Made by a program: the position numbers and the translations under genes. A stretch of DNA of 64,000 bases from a candidate division FCPU426 bacterium (GTDB lineage: Bacteria; Oederibacteriota; Muellerivitia; Muellerivitales; Muellerivitaceae), in assembly GCA_963771075.1 (NCBI GenBank), contig CAVYSE010000009.1, forward strand, positions 1 through 64,000. The letters run 5' to 3'. The notes under the pieces are model-generated. The model saw nothing but the letters and a program-made list of their open reading frames with translations. It searched no databases and was not told the origin of the DNA. Positions 49,826 to 63,274 of the stretch are shown piece after piece (within the stretch, counting starts at the first letter, position 1; each line of letters opens with the position of its first letter).

Positions 49826-51017
49826 CTATTCGATGATTTCCGTGACCACTCCGGCGCCCACGGTATGTCCGCCTTCCCGAATGGCGAACCGCAGTTCCTT
49901 CTCCATCGCCACCGGCACAATCAACTCGATATCCATCGTGATGTTGTCCCCCGGCATGCACATCTCCGTCCCCGAAGGCAACTGCACGCTTCCCGTCACG
50001 TCCGTCGTCCGGAAGAAGAATTGCGGCTTGTATCCATTGAAAAACGGCGTGTGCCGGCCGCCCTCTTCCTTCGTCAACACGTACACTTCCCCCTTAAACT
50101 TCTTGTGCGGCGTGATCGATTTGGGCTTCGCCAATACCTGCCCGCGCTCGATGTCCTTCTTTTCCACGCCCCTCAACAGGGCTCCAATGTTGTCTCCTGC
50201 CTGCGCGTCGTCCAGCAGTTTCCGGAACATTTCAACGCCCGTCACCACCGTTTCCCGCGTCGGCTTGATCCCCACGATTTCAACCGTGTCCCCCACCTTC
50301 ACCTTCCCACGCTCCACACGGCCCGTTGCCACCGTACCTCGGCCCGTGATCAGGAACACGTCCTCCACCGCCATCAGGAAATCCTTGTCGATATCCCGCT
50401 TCGGCTCGGGTACGTAGCTGTCCACCGCTTCCACCAGTTGTAGGATGGCCTTTTCCCCGATCTCGCTCGTATCCCCTTCCAGGGCCTTCGTCGCTGATCC
50501 TTTGATAATCGGCGTCTTGTCTCCGGGAAATCCGTACTTGGTCAAGAGGTCCCGCACTTCCTCCTCCACCAGTTCCAGCAGTTCCTTGTCATCGACCATG
50601 TCGCACTTGTTCAAAAACACCACGATGTAAGGCACACCGACCTGGCGGGCCAAAAGAATGTGTTCCCGCGTTTGGGGCATGGGGCCGTCGGCCGCCGACA
50701 CCACCAGAATCGCTCCGTCCATCTGCGCCGCACCCGTCACCATGTTCTTGATATAGTCCGCGTGACCCGGGCAGTCCACATGCGCGTAATGCCGCTTGTC
50801 CGACTGGTACTCCACGTGGCTCGTATTGATCGTCACCCCGCGTTCCCTCTCCTCGGGCGCGTTGTCGATGTCCGCATATCCCTTCGCCGTCGCCAATCCC
50901 TTCTTCGGCCAGTACGGTCGTGATCGCCGCCGTCAAAGTGGTCTTGCCGTGGTCCACGTGTCCAATCGTCCCGATATTCACATGCGGCTTTGAGCGTACG
51001 AATTTTTCCTTCGACAT
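49826..51017 (-). CDS. tuf: Elongation factor Tu, apparent 1-nt insertion near 50908
   Basis: [27 protein letters not shown] in one frame; [26 protein letters not shown] in another. Confidence 0.95.
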
Positions 51018-51057
51018 AAACAATCCTCCTCTTCCACCCTACCGGGTGGGCATAAAA

Positions 51058-53136
51058 TCAACCCTTCACTTTTGCGATAATTTCCTGTTGAACCGATTTG
51101 GGCGTCTCTTCGTAATGGGCGAATTGCATAGTGTACGTGGCACGGCCTTGGGTCATAGAACGCAAATTCGTGGAATATCCAAACATTTCTGACAAAGGCA
51201 CTTTCGAGCGTATGGTTTGCATCGTTCCGCGAAGTTCCATTCCCTCAATTTTTCCGCGCTTGGATTGAAGGTCACCCATCACCGGGCCCATAAAATCATC
51301 CGGGGTCACCACTTCCACATCCATCACGGGCTCCAAAATAATCGGGTCTGCTTTTTTCATCGCTTCTTTGAAAGCCATTGAAGCGGCAATTTTGAAAGCC
51401 ATTTCATTGGAATCCACTTCATGATAGGAACCGTCGGTCAAGGTAACCTTGAAATCGACCACCGGATATCCCGCTAGGACACCCGTATCTTTGGCTTCAT
51501 TAATACCTTTTTCGACCGCCGGAATATATTCCCGGGGTACCGTACCACCCACAATCGCATTCACAAATTCGATGCCCTTTCCAGGCGTTTGAGGTTCCAT
51601 TGTGATATAAACATGCCCGTATTGCCCGCGTCCACCCGTTTGACGGATATATTTTCCTTCCGCCTCAACGCTTTTGCGGATGGTTTCCCGATAAGCCACT
51701 TGGGGCTTACCCACATTCGCCTGTACATTGAATTCGCGCATCATCCGATCCACAATAATTTCCAGGTGAAGCTCACCCATGCCGGCAATAATCGTTTGTC
51801 CCGTCTCTTCGTCCGTCTTCACACGGAAGGATGGATCCTCCTCAGCGAGTTTGCTTAAAGCCATCCCCATTTTTTCTTGGTCGGCTTTTGTCTTTGGTTC
51901 GATCGCGATGAAAATAACCGGATCGGGAAAAACCATCTTTTCCAGAATAATTGGCTTTTCTTCGGAACAAAGGGTGTCACCGGTAGTAATGGCTTTAATG
52001 CCAACGGTTGCAGCAATTTCCCCGGCGTGGACCTCTTTGATCTCCTCACGTTTATTGGCATGCATTTGAAGTAAGCGGCCCACCCGTTCCCGGCTCCCTT
52101 TGGTTGAGTTATAAACGTAGGAACCAGTAGATAAAGTCCCAGAATAGACGCGGAAATACACCAATTTTCCTACGTGGGGATCGGTCATGATCTTGAAAGC
52201 TAAGGCCGAAAATGGCGCATCATCACTCGTATCTCGAGTTTCTTCTTCATTGGTATCCGCGTTGTGACCTTTGACGGGAGGAATATCAATCGGCGAAGGA
52301 AGGTAATTTACAACTGCATCTAACAGTGGTTGAACACCCTTATTTTTAAAGGCCGAACCACAAAAGACGGGATTAAATTTGTTGGCAATTGTTCCAATAC
52401 GAATGCATTTATTGATTTCTTCAGAGGTTATTTCATGCCCATCCAAGTATTTTTGCATGATTACATCGTCAAATTCGGCGACCGCCTCCACTAATTCATG
52501 CCGATATTTTTTAGCCATATCCACCATATCGGCCGGGATATCCTCGACTTCGAATTTGGCGCCCAAGCTATCATCCAACCAACGGTAGCGTTTCATCTCC
52601 ACCAAATGAATAATTCCATCGAATTTTTCTTCAGCTCCAACAGGAAGAGTGACCGGGTGGGCATTGGCATTCAACCGCTTCCGCATGGCTTCAATTGCGG
52701 CGAAATAATCACCTCCGACTCGATCCATCTTGTTTACAAAAGCTATACGAGGGACGCCATAACGGGTTGCTTGACGCCAAACAGTCTCGGACTGTGGCTC
52801 TACCCCTTCCACGGCTCCGAAGACGCCAATGGCGCCGTCCAAAACCCTTAAAGACCGTTCCACCTCGATTGTAAAATCGACGTGACCCGGGGTATCAATA
52901 ATATTGATACGGTTATTTTGCCAGAAACAAGTCGTGGCGGCGGAGGTAATGGTTATACCCCGCTCTTGCTCTTGGGCCATCCAATCCATGGTCGCAGTCC
53001 CATCGTGGACCTCTCCGATCTTATGGGTTCGACCCGTGTAATAAAGGATACGTTCGGTCAAAGTGGTCTTGCCGGCGTCAATATGAGCCATGATCCCAAT
53101 GTTGCGGGTCTTAGCGAGAGGAATCTGTCGTGCCAA
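51058..53136 (-). CDS. fusA: Elongation factor G
   Basis: [29 protein letters not shown]. Confidence 0.98.
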   Translation of the reverse strand: MARQIPLAKTRNIGIMAHIDAGKTTLTERILYYTGRTHKIGEVHDGTATMDWMAQEQERGITITSAATTCFWQNNRINIIDTPGHVDFTIEVERSLRVLDGAIGVFGAVEGVEPQSETVWRQATRYGVPRIAFVNKMDRVGGDYFAAIEAMRKRLNANAHPVTLPVGAEEKFDGIIHLVEMKRYRWLDDSLGAKFEVEDIPADMVDMAKKYRHELVEAVAEFDDVIMQKYLDGHEITSEEINKCIRIGTIANKFNPVFCGSAFKNKGVQPLLDAVVNYLPSPIDIPPVKGHNADTNEEETRDTSDDAPFSALAFKIMTDPHVGKLVYFRVYSGTLSTGSYVYNSTKGSRERVGRLLQMHANKREEIKEVHAGEIAATVGIKAITTGDTLCSEEKPIILEKMVFPDPVIFIAIEPKTKADQEKMGMALSKLAEEDPSFRVKTDEETGQTIIAGMGELHLEIIVDRMMREFNVQANVGKPQVAYRETIRKSVEAEGKYIRQTGGRGQYGHVYITMEPQTPGKGIEFVNAIVGGTVPREYIPAVEKGINEAKDTGVLAGYPVVDFKVTLTDGSYHEVDSNEMAFKIAASMAFKEAMKKADPIILEPVMDVEVVTPDDFMGPVMGDLQSKRGKIEGMELRGTMQTIRSKVPLSEMFGYSTNLRSMTQGRATYTMQFAHYEETPKSVQQEIIAKVKG

Positions 53137-53151
53137 TTTTTTACCTCAGAA

Positions 53152-53622
53152 CTACCAACGATAGTGGGCGAAAGCCTGATTGGCCTCGGCCATCTTGTGG
53201 GTATCTTCTTTTTTCTTGATCGCCGTGCCTTGGTTTTTAAAGGCATCAGCCAATTCAGCAGCTAACTTTTCAGCCACCGTTTTTTCCTTACGAGAGCGAG
53301 CTGCCGTCAAAATCCAGCGAATTGCCAACGACGTTCGGCGCTCAGGTCGAATTTCAACCGGCACTTGATAGGTCGCCCCGCCCACACGGCGTGATTTAAC
53401 CTCCAAGACCGGCTTTACGTTATCAATAGCGGTCTTGAAAACATTCAAGGCGCCTTCCCCATGTCTTTGGCCCAAAACATCCATCGCACCATAAAAACTG
53501 CGGGCAGCTACCATTTTTTGGCCGTGGTACATCATGGAATTAATGAATTTGGTGACGAGTTTATTGTTATAACGGGAGTCGGCCTCGACCTCTCGTTTGG
53601 CAGCGACTTTTCGGCGGGGCAT
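53152..53622 (-). CDS. rpsG: 30S ribosomal protein S7
   Basis: [25 protein letters not shown]. Confidence 0.98.
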   Translation of the reverse strand: MPRRKVAAKREVEADSRYNNKLVTKFINSMMYHGQKMVAARSFYGAMDVLGQRHGEGALNVFKTAIDNVKPVLEVKSRRVGGATYQVPVEIRPERRTSLAIRWILTAARSRKEKTVAEKLAAELADAFKNQGTAIKKKEDTHKMAEANQAFAHYRW

Positions 53623-53631
53623 TTTTTCTCC

Positions 53632-54027
53632 TTAAGCTTTCTTAACAGCTGCTTCTTTTTTAGGACGCTTCATGCCATATTTAGACCTACCCTGTTTGCG
53701 ATCCGCCACACCAGCCGCGTCTAAAGTCCCGCGCACAATGTGGTAACGAACGCCCGGAAGATCCTTCACACGCCCTCCCCGAATCAACACAATCGAGTGC
53801 TCCTGAAGGTTGTGTCCGACCCCGGGTATATAACAGGTAACTTCCATTCCATTGGTGAGCCTGACACGGGCTATTTTTCTTAACGCCGAATTCGGCTTTT
53901 TAGGAGTCATGGTAGCCACCTTGACACAAACACCGCGCTTTTGAGGGCAGGCTTTCAGAGCCGGGGATTTAGTTTTATGTCTGCTTTTAGCACGTCCAAA
54001 CCGGACCAATTGATTGAGGGTCGGCAA
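53632..54027 (-). CDS. rpsL: 30S ribosomal protein S12
   Basis: [30 protein letters not shown] start. Confidence 0.98.
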   Translation of the reverse strand: MPTLNQLVRFGRAKSRHKTKSPALKACPQKRGVCVKVATMTPKKPNSALRKIARVRLTNGMEVTCYIPGVGHNLQEHSIVLIRGGRVKDLPGVRYHIVRGTLDAAGVADRKQGRSKYGMKRPKKEAAVKKA

Positions 54028-54257
54028 TTCTTCCTCCCAGTTGCTCTTAAAAACAAAAAAGGCAAAGACAGTGAGCTCCGCCTTTGCCGAGTGGTAAATC
54101 ACGAAACTGTCCGGGATAGAAACCCCGGTGAATCGTAAGCAAAGCCCTCCTCTTGCTCACCATTTGAAAAAGCCCGACGGCTCTTTCAAAAGGAGGATTT
54201 TCTTCACTTTTCAGCCAAAAAGCACTTCAAACGCGGACGGTTAAGATACCTAAAGGC

Positions 54258-57200
54258 TTATGCCTGGTCAAGGCTTTTTTTCTCTGAAATCTCCAATTCG
54301 CCTTTAAATTCACCATCATCCAAAATCATCTCCGCCACTGGAGGAGCCGAAGCAATGCCAGCAGGCAAGGCCTCCTCCGGTTCGTCGACGTTGATAACCA
54401 ACGACTTGTAGCTGGGGCTACCCGTACCCGCTGGAATTAAATGACCCATAATCACATTTTCTTTAAGTCCCCGCAGATCATCGACTTTTCCCGATACAGC
54501 CGCCTCGGTTAAAACCTTGGTGGTTTCCTGGAAACTTGCCGCAGAAATGAAACTTTCTGTTCCTAAGGAAGCCTTCGTAATTCCCAAGAGAATTGGCCGG
54601 GCTGTCGCGGGTTTTTGATCCTTGTCCGACACCCGATCATTTTCTTTTTTAAATTTTCCTTTATCGACCTGCTGTTTGGGTAGGAACTCTGTTTCCCCGG
54701 GTTCTTGAATCACGACCTTGCGCATCATTTGGCGAACAATCACCTCAATGTGCTTGTCGTTAATACGAACCCCCTGAAGGCGGTAAACTTCCTGAACCTT
54801 TGAGAGCAGATATTCTTGAACAGCCGCTTCCCCCTGTACCTCAAGGATATCGTGGGGATCAACCGCTCCATCCGTAAGAGCGTCCCCAGCGCGTACAAAA
54901 TCTCCTTCATGCGTATTCATGTGTTTGCCATAGGGTATGGCATATTCCTCTTCAACCGTCTTCTTCCCTTCAGTGTTAGTCAAAATAATGCGCTGGTACC
55001 CCTTGGACGCCGTACCATAACCCACGGTTCCACTGATTTTTGCTATGACGGCGTTGTTTTTGGGGCGCCGGGCCTCAAAAAGCTCTGCGACTCGAGGGAG
55101 ACCGCCGGTAATGTCTCGGGTTTTCGAAATTTCTCGGGGTATCTTCGCAAGCACATCTCCGGCCATAATTTTATCCCCATCCATCGCGTTAATGAGGGAA
55201 CCCGTAGGAAGACGATAACTCTTAATTGCCTCCCCGGTTTCATGGTTCATGATTACGCAACGAGGTGATAAATTTTCGTCCTTGTACTCCATGATGGCTC
55301 GTTCCATGAGCCCGGTTGATTCATCAATTTCTTCCCGAACCGTGACACCCCTTATAACGTCCTGAAGTTTAATAGTCCCGCTCACTTCTGTAAAAATCGG
55401 AACTTTGTAGAGATCCCAATGAGCAAGAATCTGGCCTTCTTTAACCTGTCCGTCTTCCCTGACCTTCAGGGTTGATCCGAAGGGAACCACAAAATTTTCC
55501 ATGGCCCTTCCCTTTTCGTCATAAACAGAAATTTCACCGTTTCGATTTAAAACGATGTATTCCTTATTTCGGTTCTCAACTAACTTCAAGTTATGAAAAC
55601 GAACCCTTCCATTTTTGGTAGATTCGATTTTGGATTGCTCTAAAGCGCGGCTGGCTGCTCCACCGACGTGGAAAGTCCGGAGGGTCAACTGGGTTCCGGG
55701 TTCGCCGATGGATTGGGCTGCAATAATCCCCACCGCTTCCCCAATTTGAACCAAACGGCCATTCGCCATATTTACGCCGTAACATTTTGCGCAAACACCT
55801 CGTTCCAACTCGCATGTCAGGACTGAACGAACCCGAATCTGTTCAATTCCAGCTTCTTCCAGCTTTTCACCTATTTCTTCCGTGATTACCTGGCCGGATT
55901 TTACGATAACCTCGCTGGTCAGCAGGTTGGCCACATTATCCACAGCGATACGACCCGCGATACGATCCCTCAAAGGTTCAATGATCTCAATGCCTTCTTT
56001 GATGGCCCCTACGCGGATTCCGTTCACCGTTTTACAATCCTCGGCGTTGATAATTACTTCTTGAGCCACATCCACCAATCGGCGTGTCAAATAACCGGCA
56101 TCGGCTGTTTTCAGGGCTGTGTCCGCCAAACCCTTCCGGGCTCCGTGCGTTGAAATGAAGTATTCCAGGACCGTTAGACCTTCCCTGAAATTTGCAGTAA
56201 TAGGCGATTCGATAATTTCCCCGATCGACCCGGTGATCTTTTGCAGAGGTTTCGCCATAAGACCGCGCATCCCAGCCAGCTGGCGTATTTGCATTTTCGA
56301 TCCGCGTGCCCCGGAATCGGCCATCATATAAATAGGATTAAAACCATAGGCGTCTTTTTTCAAATTCTCGAACATGACCTCAGCGATCTCGTCCGTCGTA
56401 TGTGTCCAGATATCGATGACTTTGTTATAGCGCTCACCCGCAGTTATGATTCCTTTTTTATATTGGTTCTCAATCTCAGCCACTTCTTTATATGAGCGCT
56501 TTAAAATTTCAGGTTTGTCTTTCGGAATCTTCATATCTTCGATGGAAACGGTGATCCCCGCCCGAGTGGCAAAACGGAAACCAATATCCTTTATATTGTC
56601 CAAAAGCTTGACCGTTACATCCTGGCCCAATTTTTCATAAGAAAGAGCTACCAAATCACCCAATTCTTTCTTGGTCATAACCCTGTTTACATAGGGCAGA
56701 TCGGCCGGAATGATCTGGTTGAAAAGAACTCGTCCAACCGTTGTATCGATCAATTTGCTCCCATTGGGCCGTACCTTGATTTTGGCGTGAATTCCGACCT
56801 TCTTTTCCTCAAACGCTATAATCACCTCTTGTGGACTGGAAAAAACTTTCCCCTCTCCCAAATCCCCCGGTTTTTCTTTCGTTAAATAATAGGAACCCAG
56901 AACGATGTCCTGGGTCGGCGTGACAATAGGCCGACCATTTGAAGTGGAATTGATGTTATTGGTTGAAAGCATCAGGAATCTGGCTTCCATTTGAGCTTCA
57001 CTCGATAGGGGAACATGGACAGCCATCTGGTCCCCGTCAAAATCCGCATTAAAAGCCGTGCAAACGAGGGGATGAATCTGAATCGCACGCCCCTCAATCA
57101 ATACCGGCTGGAATGCTTGAATGCCTTGGCGATGAAGGGTCGGAGCTCGATTGAGCAATACATGGTGGTCCCGAATGACTTCCGCCAGGATATCCCAAAC

Positions 57201-58508
57201 TTCAGGCTTGACCCTTTCCACCATCTTTCGAGCGCTTTTAATAGTATGGACATACCCACGGTCTTCCAATTTTTTGATGATGAAAGGTTTGAAGAGTTCT
57301 AAGGCCATTTTTTTCGGAAGGCCGCATTGATGCATTTTTAGCTCGGGTCCCACCACAATGACCGAACGGCCCGAATAATCCACGCGTTTCCCAAGAAGAT
57401 TTTGGCGGAATCGGCCTTGCTTTCCCTTCAACATATCTGAAAGGGATTTCAGGGGTCGGTTACCAGGCCCTCGCACGGCGTGGCCACGACGTCCATTATC
57501 CAAAAGGGCATCGACCGCTTCCTGCAACATGCGTTTTTCATTTCGCACGATAACTTCCGGCGCGTGCAATTCCAGGAGTTTTTTCAACCGGTTGTTGCGG
57601 TTGATCACCCGGCGATATAGATCGTTCAAATCGGAAGTGGCGAATCGGCCCCCGTCCAGCGGAACCAACGGACGAAGCTCGGGTGGGATAACCGGAAGAA
57701 CTTCCAGGAACATCCATTCAGGTTTGTTGTCACTTTTTCGAAAGCTTTCGATCACCTTTAGTCGTTTGATTAAGGTCTTACGTTTTTGCTCGCTGGTGGT
57801 CTGCTTCATTTGAACCCGCAATTTTTTGTCGAGATCTTCCAGATCGACAGCGCGAATCAAATCCCGGACCGCTTCCGCTCCCATCTTGGCCTTCAATGAA
57901 GCTCCATATTCAACGCGGAGTTTTTGATATTCATCCTCGCTTAAAAGCTGTCCTATTTCTGCAGGTGCTTTCCCAGGGTCCGTGACCACATAAGACTCGT
58001 AGTAAATAACCCTTTCCAAGTTCCGAGTGGACATCTCCAATAAATAGCCCATCCGTGAAGGAACACCCTTCAGGTACCATATATGGGAAACCAAACACGC
58101 GAGTTCGATATGTCCCATGCGTTCCCGGCGGACCTTGGCCTGGGTAACTTCAACACCGCATCGATCACAAATGACATCCTTATATTTAATCCGCTTATAT
58201 TTGCCACAAGCGCATTCCCAGTCCTTGGTGGGACCAAAAATCTTCTCGCAAAACAACCCATTCTTTTCGGGTTTAAAAGTTCGATAATTGATAGTTTCAG
58301 GCTTTTTCACTTCTCCATGGGACCAGGAGCGAATGGTTTCCGGTGATGCCAACCCAATTTTAATTGCATCAAACCTTTGGGTTTCCCTCATCAGGTTCTC
58401 TAATACGGTTTTTTTCTCGGCAACCGAAGTGATGGAAGGAGCCTCCATTGGCTCCAAAGCGGCCATTTCATTATTTTCTTCGGGGGCTGTGGGTTTGGTT
58501 TGACTCAT
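54258..58508 (-). CDS. rpoC: RNA polymerase beta' subunit
   Basis: NADFDGD, zinc finger, [19 protein letters not shown]. Confidence 0.99.
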   Translation of the reverse strand: MSQTKPTAPEENNEMAALEPMEAPSITSVAEKKTVLENLMRETQRFDAIKIGLASPETIRSWSHGEVKKPETINYRTFKPEKNGLFCEKIFGPTKDWECACGKYKRIKYKDVICDRCGVEVTQAKVRRERMGHIELACLVSHIWYLKGVPSRMGYLLEMSTRNLERVIYYESYVVTDPGKAPAEIGQLLSEDEYQKLRVEYGASLKAKMGAEAVRDLIRAVDLEDLDKKLRVQMKQTTSEQKRKTLIKRLKVIESFRKSDNKPEWMFLEVLPVIPPELRPLVPLDGGRFATSDLNDLYRRVINRNNRLKKLLELHAPEVIVRNEKRMLQEAVDALLDNGRRGHAVRGPGNRPLKSLSDMLKGKQGRFRQNLLGKRVDYSGRSVIVVGPELKMHQCGLPKKMALELFKPFIIKKLEDRGYVHTIKSARKMVERVKPEVWDILAEVIRDHHVLLNRAPTLHRQGIQAFQPVLIEGRAIQIHPLVCTAFNADFDGDQMAVHVPLSSEAQMEARFLMLSTNNINSTSNGRPIVTPTQDIVLGSYYLTKEKPGDLGEGKVFSSPQEVIIAFEEKKVGIHAKIKVRPNGSKLIDTTVGRVLFNQIIPADLPYVNRVMTKKELGDLVALSYEKLGQDVTVKLLDNIKDIGFRFATRAGITVSIEDMKIPKDKPEILKRSYKEVAEIENQYKKGIITAGERYNKVIDIWTHTTDEIAEVMFENLKKDAYGFNPIYMMADSGARGSKMQIRQLAGMRGLMAKPLQKITGSIGEIIESPITANFREGLTVLEYFISTHGARKGLADTALKTADAGYLTRRLVDVAQEVIINAEDCKTVNGIRVGAIKEGIEIIEPLRDRIAGRIAVDNVANLLTSEVIVKSGQVITEEIGEKLEEAGIEQIRVRSVLTCELERGVCAKCYGVNMANGRLVQIGEAVGIIAAQSIGEPGTQLTLRTFHVGGAASRALEQSKIESTKNGRVRFHNLKLVENRNKEYIVLNRNGEISVYDEKGRAMENFVVPFGSTLKVREDGQVKEGQILAHWDLYKVPIFTEVSGTIKLQDVIRGVTVREEIDESTGLMERAIMEYKDENLSPRCVIMNHETGEAIKSYRLPTGSLINAMDGDKIMAGDVLAKIPREISKTRDITGGLPRVAELFEARRPKNNAVIAKISGTVGYGTASKGYQRIILTNTEGKKTVEEEYAIPYGKHMNTHEGDFVRAGDALTDGAVDPHDILEVQGEAAVQEYLLSKVQEVYRLQGVRINDKHIEVIVRQMMRKVVIQEPGETEFLPKQQVDKGKFKKENDRVSDKDQKPATARPILLGITKASLGTESFISAASFQETTKVLTEAAVSGKVDDLRGLKENVIMGHLIPAGTGSPSYKSLVINVDEPEEALPAGIASAPPVAEMILDDGEFKGELEISEKKSLDQA

Positions 58509-58518
58509 GGGTCCCCTC

Positions 58519-61500
58519 CTAATTGGAATTTTTCAGCAATTTAACATCCAAACAAAGACCTTGTAGTTCCTTGACCAATACGTTAAACGACTCGGGCACA
58601 CCCGGTTCGGGGGAGTTTTTGCCCTTGACAATCGATTCATAAACTTTGGTCCGGCCTTGCACGTCATCCGACTTTACAGTCAATAGCTCCTGCAATGTAT
58701 AAGCCGCTCCATAAGCTTCTAAGGCCCAGACCTCCATTTCTCCGAAGCGCTGACCACCGAATTGAGCCTTACCGCCTAGAGGTTGTTGCGTTATCAGTGA
58801 ATAGGGCCCGATCGATCGTGCGTGAATCTTGTCATCCACCAAATGGGCCAGTTTCAAGATATATATATATCCCACAGTCACTTCCTGATCGAACTGCTCT
58901 CCAGACATTCCGTCAAATAGATTGATCTTTCCCGTCTCGGGCAAGCCTTGTTCCTTGAGAGCTTTGCGAATCTCTTCTTCCCGCGCTCCGTCAAACACAG
59001 GAGATGAAACATGATATCCACCCTCAGCTGCGGCCCATCCCAGGTGTGTTTCCAATATCTGACCCACGTTCATACGAGAAGGAACGCCGAGGGGATTGAG
59101 TATGATGTCCACCGGCCGACCATTGGGCAGGTACGGCATGTCTTCCACAGGTACAATCTTGGAGACAACACCTTTATTCCCATGGCGTCCTGCCATCTTA
59201 TCCCCAACGGAAAGCTTCCGTTTCTTGGCGATATATACCTTCACCAGTTTGATGACACCCGGGGGAAGTTCATCCCCTTTTTTGACTTTTTCGATCTCGT
59301 TGTTCTTGTCCCGTTCAATATCACGGACTCGGTTTTCCAAAACCTCTTTCAAGCGCTTGATTTCCTCATCATTCTTTTCTTCCAGTTCAGACCTTTCCGA
59401 TTTGTTCAACCCTTGAGATTTCTCTTCCAGTTGTTTTTGAAGGGAAGCTATACGATTCTCATTTTCTTTTTCGAGTTGACGGACCTGATGGGCAGAATCT
59501 TTTTCGATGGCCTTCACCAGGGAGGCGTCCCGGCCCTTAATTTTTTCGTCTTTTTCCTTGCGTTTGAACACCTTGACATCTATGACCTTGCCCTCAACCC
59601 CCGGGGGAACCCTTAAAGAGGCGTCTCTCACATCGCCGGCTTTTTCCCCGAAAATGGCGCGCAACAGTTTTTCCTCAGGTGTCAATTCAGTCTCACCCTT
59701 CGGGGTCACTTTTCCAACCAAGATATCGCCTGGAACAACCTCCGCTCCTATTCGAACGATGCCATCTTCGTCCAAATCTTTCAGTGCCTCATCCCCGACA
59801 TTGGGGATATCCCTCGTTATTTCCTCTTTGCCCAGCTTGGTATCACGGGCCTCCAACTCGAACTCCTCGACGTGGACGGAGGTGAAATAGTCCTCCCGCA
59901 CCAATTTTTCAGAAACAATAATGGCATCTTCAAAGTTAAACCCCCTCCAGGGCATGAAAGCCACCAGCAAATTCCGGCCCAGCGCCAATTCACCCTGGTC
60001 CGTGGAAGGTCCATCGGCGATTACATCGCCCTTTTTGACTTTTTCGCCTTTTTTCACGATGGGTCGTTGATTGATACAGGTGTCTTGGTTGGAACGTTTA
60101 TATTTAGTTAGTTTGTAAATATCGACTGAGCCCGTTATGTCTTCCCCATCGGCGAAAATAATAATCTCGTCCGATGAAACGCCTGCCACCACCCCGTCTC
60201 GCTTTGCGATAACCAAGACTCCCGAATCATAGGCGGCTTTGTATTCCATGCCCGTTCCCACAAAGGGTGCCTCAGTTCGGATCAAGGGCACAGCCTGACG
60301 TTGCATGTTAGAGCCCATGAGGGCGCGGTTAGCGTCATCATGTTCCAAAAAAGGGATCAGGGAGGTAGCCACCGAAAACAACTGCCGTGGGGAAACATCC
60401 ATGTAATGAATATCATTGGCCGTCACCAAGGGAAAATCATCTTTTGATCGGGCTGCAATGATATCACCTGAAAATTTGCTATTTTCATCCAGGGGGGTGT
60501 TCGCCTGGGCAATAATATATTTATCCGCGTCATCCGCCGGTAAGAATTCAATTTTTTTCGAGACTTTTCCCCCTTCCACACGACGTAAGGGAGTGGTCAC
60601 GAAACCATATTCGTTGATCTGGGCGTAAGTGGAAAGGGACGCAATCAAACCAATATTGGGACCTTCCGGGGTCTCGATGGGGCAAACCCGCCCATAATGT
60701 GTGTGATGAACGTCTCGAACCTCGAAACCAGCCCTTTCCCGGTTCAAACCGCCTGGACCCAAGGCTGATAGACGGCGCTTGTGTGTTAATTCCGCAAGAG
60801 GGTTAGTTTGATCCATAAATTGAGATAACTGGGAGGTACCGAAAAATTCCTTGACAGCTGCCGTAATGGGTTTGGTGGAAATCAATTGGCTTGGCATAGG
60901 ATTCATATCCATATCAACGATAGACATGCGCTCCCGTACCGCTCGCTCCATCCGGGTGAAACCAAGACGTAGTTTATTCTCCAGTAATTCCCCGGCGGTC
61001 CGAACCCGGCGGTTTCCCAAATGATCGATATCGTCCTTTTCTCCTTTGCCGTTGCAAAGATCGAAAAGATACCGAATGATGCAAACCAAATCTTCCTTTG
61101 AGATCGTCCGCTGATCCATGAGAGTCTTCAGTCCCAGTTTCTTATTCATTTTATAGCGGCCCACGCGGGCCAAGTCGTACCGGCGTTTGTTGAAGAAAAG
61201 GTTATCCATCAAGTTCTTTGCGTTCTCTAGGGTCGGTGGATCCCCGGGGCGCATTTTTTTGTAAACCTCAACCAGAGCCGTTTCAGTCGAGTGAGTATTG
61301 TCTTTGCGGATGGTGTTGAGGACGGAAACTTCACTCGGGTTTGACGGCACAGCCTTGACCGATTTCACGTTGAGTTTCTTCAGAACAGCAATGACCTCGG
61401 AAGCAAAATCCGCACCAGCCTCCACGATCACTTCTCCAGTTTCGGGGTTGGCCACATCTTGGGCCGCCGCCTTGCCCGCAAGTTTTTTCTCTGAAACTTC

Positions 61501-62208
61501 ACAGTTCTCAACATCGAAAAATATTTTCAAAATGTCCTCATCCGAGGAAAAACCCCAGGCGCGCAAAAGGGTGGATGCCACAAATTTTCGTTTTCGATCA
61601 ATGCGGGCAAATAAAATACCGTTCACGTCAAATTCGAACTCCAGCCAGCTGCCGTGGTAGGGAATGACGCTGGTCATGTACATTTTTTTGCCGGAACTGG
61701 AAAGTTTTCCGTCGTCTTCATCGAACGTCACGCCCGGAGAACGGTGAAGCTGGGAAACAATAACCCTTTCCGCCCCATTGATGAGGAAAGTTCCACGGTC
61801 CGTCATCATTGGGAGATCACAAAAGAACACTTCCTGTTCGCGAATATCCTTGACCTTCTTGGTTCCTGTTTCGGGATCTTCCTCTCGGATCACCAGACGC
61901 AGGGTTACCTTCATTGGGACGGAATAAGTCATTCCTCTTTCCTGGCATTCCCGGACATTGTATTTAGGATCTAACAAGGCGTAAGAAACGAATTCCAATG
62001 AGGAAACTTCATTAAAGTCCCAGATGGGGAACACACTAGCGAAAACTGATTGCAAACCCACATCTTGTCGGTTATCGCTCGTGTTGTCTTTCTGAAGAAA
62101 TGAGTCGTAAGACTTGCGTTGAAAATCAATAAGATCTGGCATCTCCATGATGCCGGGAATACGGCTGAAATCGATGCGTTCGCGACGACCATATTTCACT
62201 TTTTTCAC
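58519..62208 (-). CDS. rpoB: RNA polymerase beta subunit
   Basis: [39 protein letters not shown]. Confidence 0.99.
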   Translation of the reverse strand: MKKVKYGRRERIDFSRIPGIMEMPDLIDFQRKSYDSFLQKDNTSDNRQDVGLQSVFASVFPIWDFNEVSSLEFVSYALLDPKYNVRECQERGMTYSVPMKVTLRLVIREEDPETGTKKVKDIREQEVFFCDLPMMTDRGTFLINGAERVIVSQLHRSPGVTFDEDDGKLSSSGKKMYMTSVIPYHGSWLEFEFDVNGILFARIDRKRKFVASTLLRAWGFSSDEDILKIFFDVENCEVSEKKLAGKAAAQDVANPETGEVIVEAGADFASEVIAVLKKLNVKSVKAVPSNPSEVSVLNTIRKDNTHSTETALVEVYKKMRPGDPPTLENAKNLMDNLFFNKRRYDLARVGRYKMNKKLGLKTLMDQRTISKEDLVCIIRYLFDLCNGKGEKDDIDHLGNRRVRTAGELLENKLRLGFTRMERAVRERMSIVDMDMNPMPSQLISTKPITAAVKEFFGTSQLSQFMDQTNPLAELTHKRRLSALGPGGLNRERAGFEVRDVHHTHYGRVCPIETPEGPNIGLIASLSTYAQINEYGFVTTPLRRVEGGKVSKKIEFLPADDADKYIIAQANTPLDENSKFSGDIIAARSKDDFPLVTANDIHYMDVSPRQLFSVATSLIPFLEHDDANRALMGSNMQRQAVPLIRTEAPFVGTGMEYKAAYDSGVLVIAKRDGVVAGVSSDEIIIFADGEDITGSVDIYKLTKYKRSNQDTCINQRPIVKKGEKVKKGDVIADGPSTDQGELALGRNLLVAFMPWRGFNFEDAIIVSEKLVREDYFTSVHVEEFELEARDTKLGKEEITRDIPNVGDEALKDLDEDGIVRIGAEVVPGDILVGKVTPKGETELTPEEKLLRAIFGEKAGDVRDASLRVPPGVEGKVIDVKVFKRKEKDEKIKGRDASLVKAIEKDSAHQVRQLEKENENRIASLQKQLEEKSQGLNKSERSELEEKNDEEIKRLKEVLENRVRDIERDKNNEIEKVKKGDELPPGVIKLVKVYIAKKRKLSVGDKMAGRHGNKGVVSKIVPVEDMPYLPNGRPVDIILNPLGVPSRMNVGQILETHLGWAAAEGGYHVSSPVFDGAREEEIRKALKEQGLPETGKINLFDGMSGEQFDQEVTVGYIYILKLAHLVDDKIHARSIGPYSLITQQPLGGKAQFGGQRFGEMEVWALEAYGAAYTLQELLTVKSDDVQGRTKVYESIVKGKNSPEPGVPESFNVLVKELQGLCLDVKLLKNSN

Positions 62209-62319
62209 TTAAAAGCCCTCCGGGATGAAAAGGGGATGAACCCAAAAAAGAAAAACGAGAAAGGGGGTTTCTCGTTTTGGGCAAAGAGGGGTGATTATAC
62301 TGATATGATTTTCCAATAG

Positions 62320-63198
62320 TCAACGCATTCTTGGGGTTTCTAGGCACAAAACCCGGGACAGACCCTGCAGGTCCGCAATAACCCTTTGACGCCCTGGAAA
62401 ACCCGAAAATATATTTCTGATTTTGTCAACGTTATTTGAATGTAATTCCAAGAAAGCCGCTCCGCCCTCATCCAGTTTTTGAGAAAGCAACTGGCCAATT
62501 TCTCGATAAACCCGTAAACCGTCCTGGCCCCCAAAAAGCGCCTCTTTTGGTTCAAAAAGCCTTATTTCCTCGTCCAATTCTTCTTTTTCCCCTTCCAAGA
62601 GATAGGGGGGGTTACTGATAATAACTTGAAATTTGTCTGGATCGGCTGGATTTAAAGCCTCAAAACAATTTCCCAATCGCCAATGGTAAATTCCGTCCGG
62701 ATGAATGGTTCTAGCGTTTTCTTTGGCTATTTCCAGGGCCTTTTCCGAAAGGTCCACCGCCCAAACTTCGACCGGCCATTCCTTCCCAATCGAAATGGCA
62801 ATACATCCGCTTCCCGTTCCCAGATCTAATACTTTGGAGTGGGGGCAGGCATTGCCTCTTAAAAACTCCAAAGCGGTTTCAACCAAATGCTCCGTTTCGG
62901 GCCTAGGGATAAGAACTCCCGGGTTCACCTTAAAAGAATGTCCAAAGAATTCCCTTTTTCCGAGAATGTATTGCAATGGCTCGCGCCCGGCCCGACGTTT
63001 CATGAAATTTCTGAGGTGGTCAAGTTCCTCCATGCTTAATGGACGGTCGAATTGAAGATAAACTTTCAACCGGTCAATTCCCAATGCATGGGCAATCATG
63101 CATTCTGCGTCAAGGCGAGCGGTTTTAATCCCCTTTTGGCTTAAATATGGGATTGCCCACTGAAGGATTTTTAAAGGAGTCCAAACTTCCCGACTCAT
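62320..63198 (-). CDS. prmC: Release factor glutamine methyltransferase
   Basis: EPLQYI, VLIPRPETE, DLGTGSG, SNPPY; start taken at MSREVW. Confidence 0.95.
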   Translation of the reverse strand: MSREVWTPLKILQWAIPYLSQKGIKTARLDAECMIAHALGIDRLKVYLQFDRPLSMEELDHLRNFMKRRAGREPLQYILGKREFFGHSFKVNPGVLIPRPETEHLVETALEFLRGNACPHSKVLDLGTGSGCIAISIGKEWPVEVWAVDLSEKALEIAKENARTIHPDGIYHWRLGNCFEALNPADPDKFQVIISNPPYLLEGEKEELDEEIRLFEPKEALFGGQDGLRVYREIGQLLSQKLDEGGAAFLELHSNNVDKIRNIFSGFPGRQRVIADLQGLSRVLCLETPRMR

Positions 63199-63274
63199 AT
63201 CAGCCCTTTCTAAATCCCGAGGAATTAGACTCTCAAATTGTTGGTTGAACCGATTCAGTGAAAATCGATATCCC

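Noticed and set aside
54030..54250. Hairpins between rpoC and rpsL as an ncRNA
   Set aside because: They are consistent with a terminator or leader; I cannot recognise any RNA family here.
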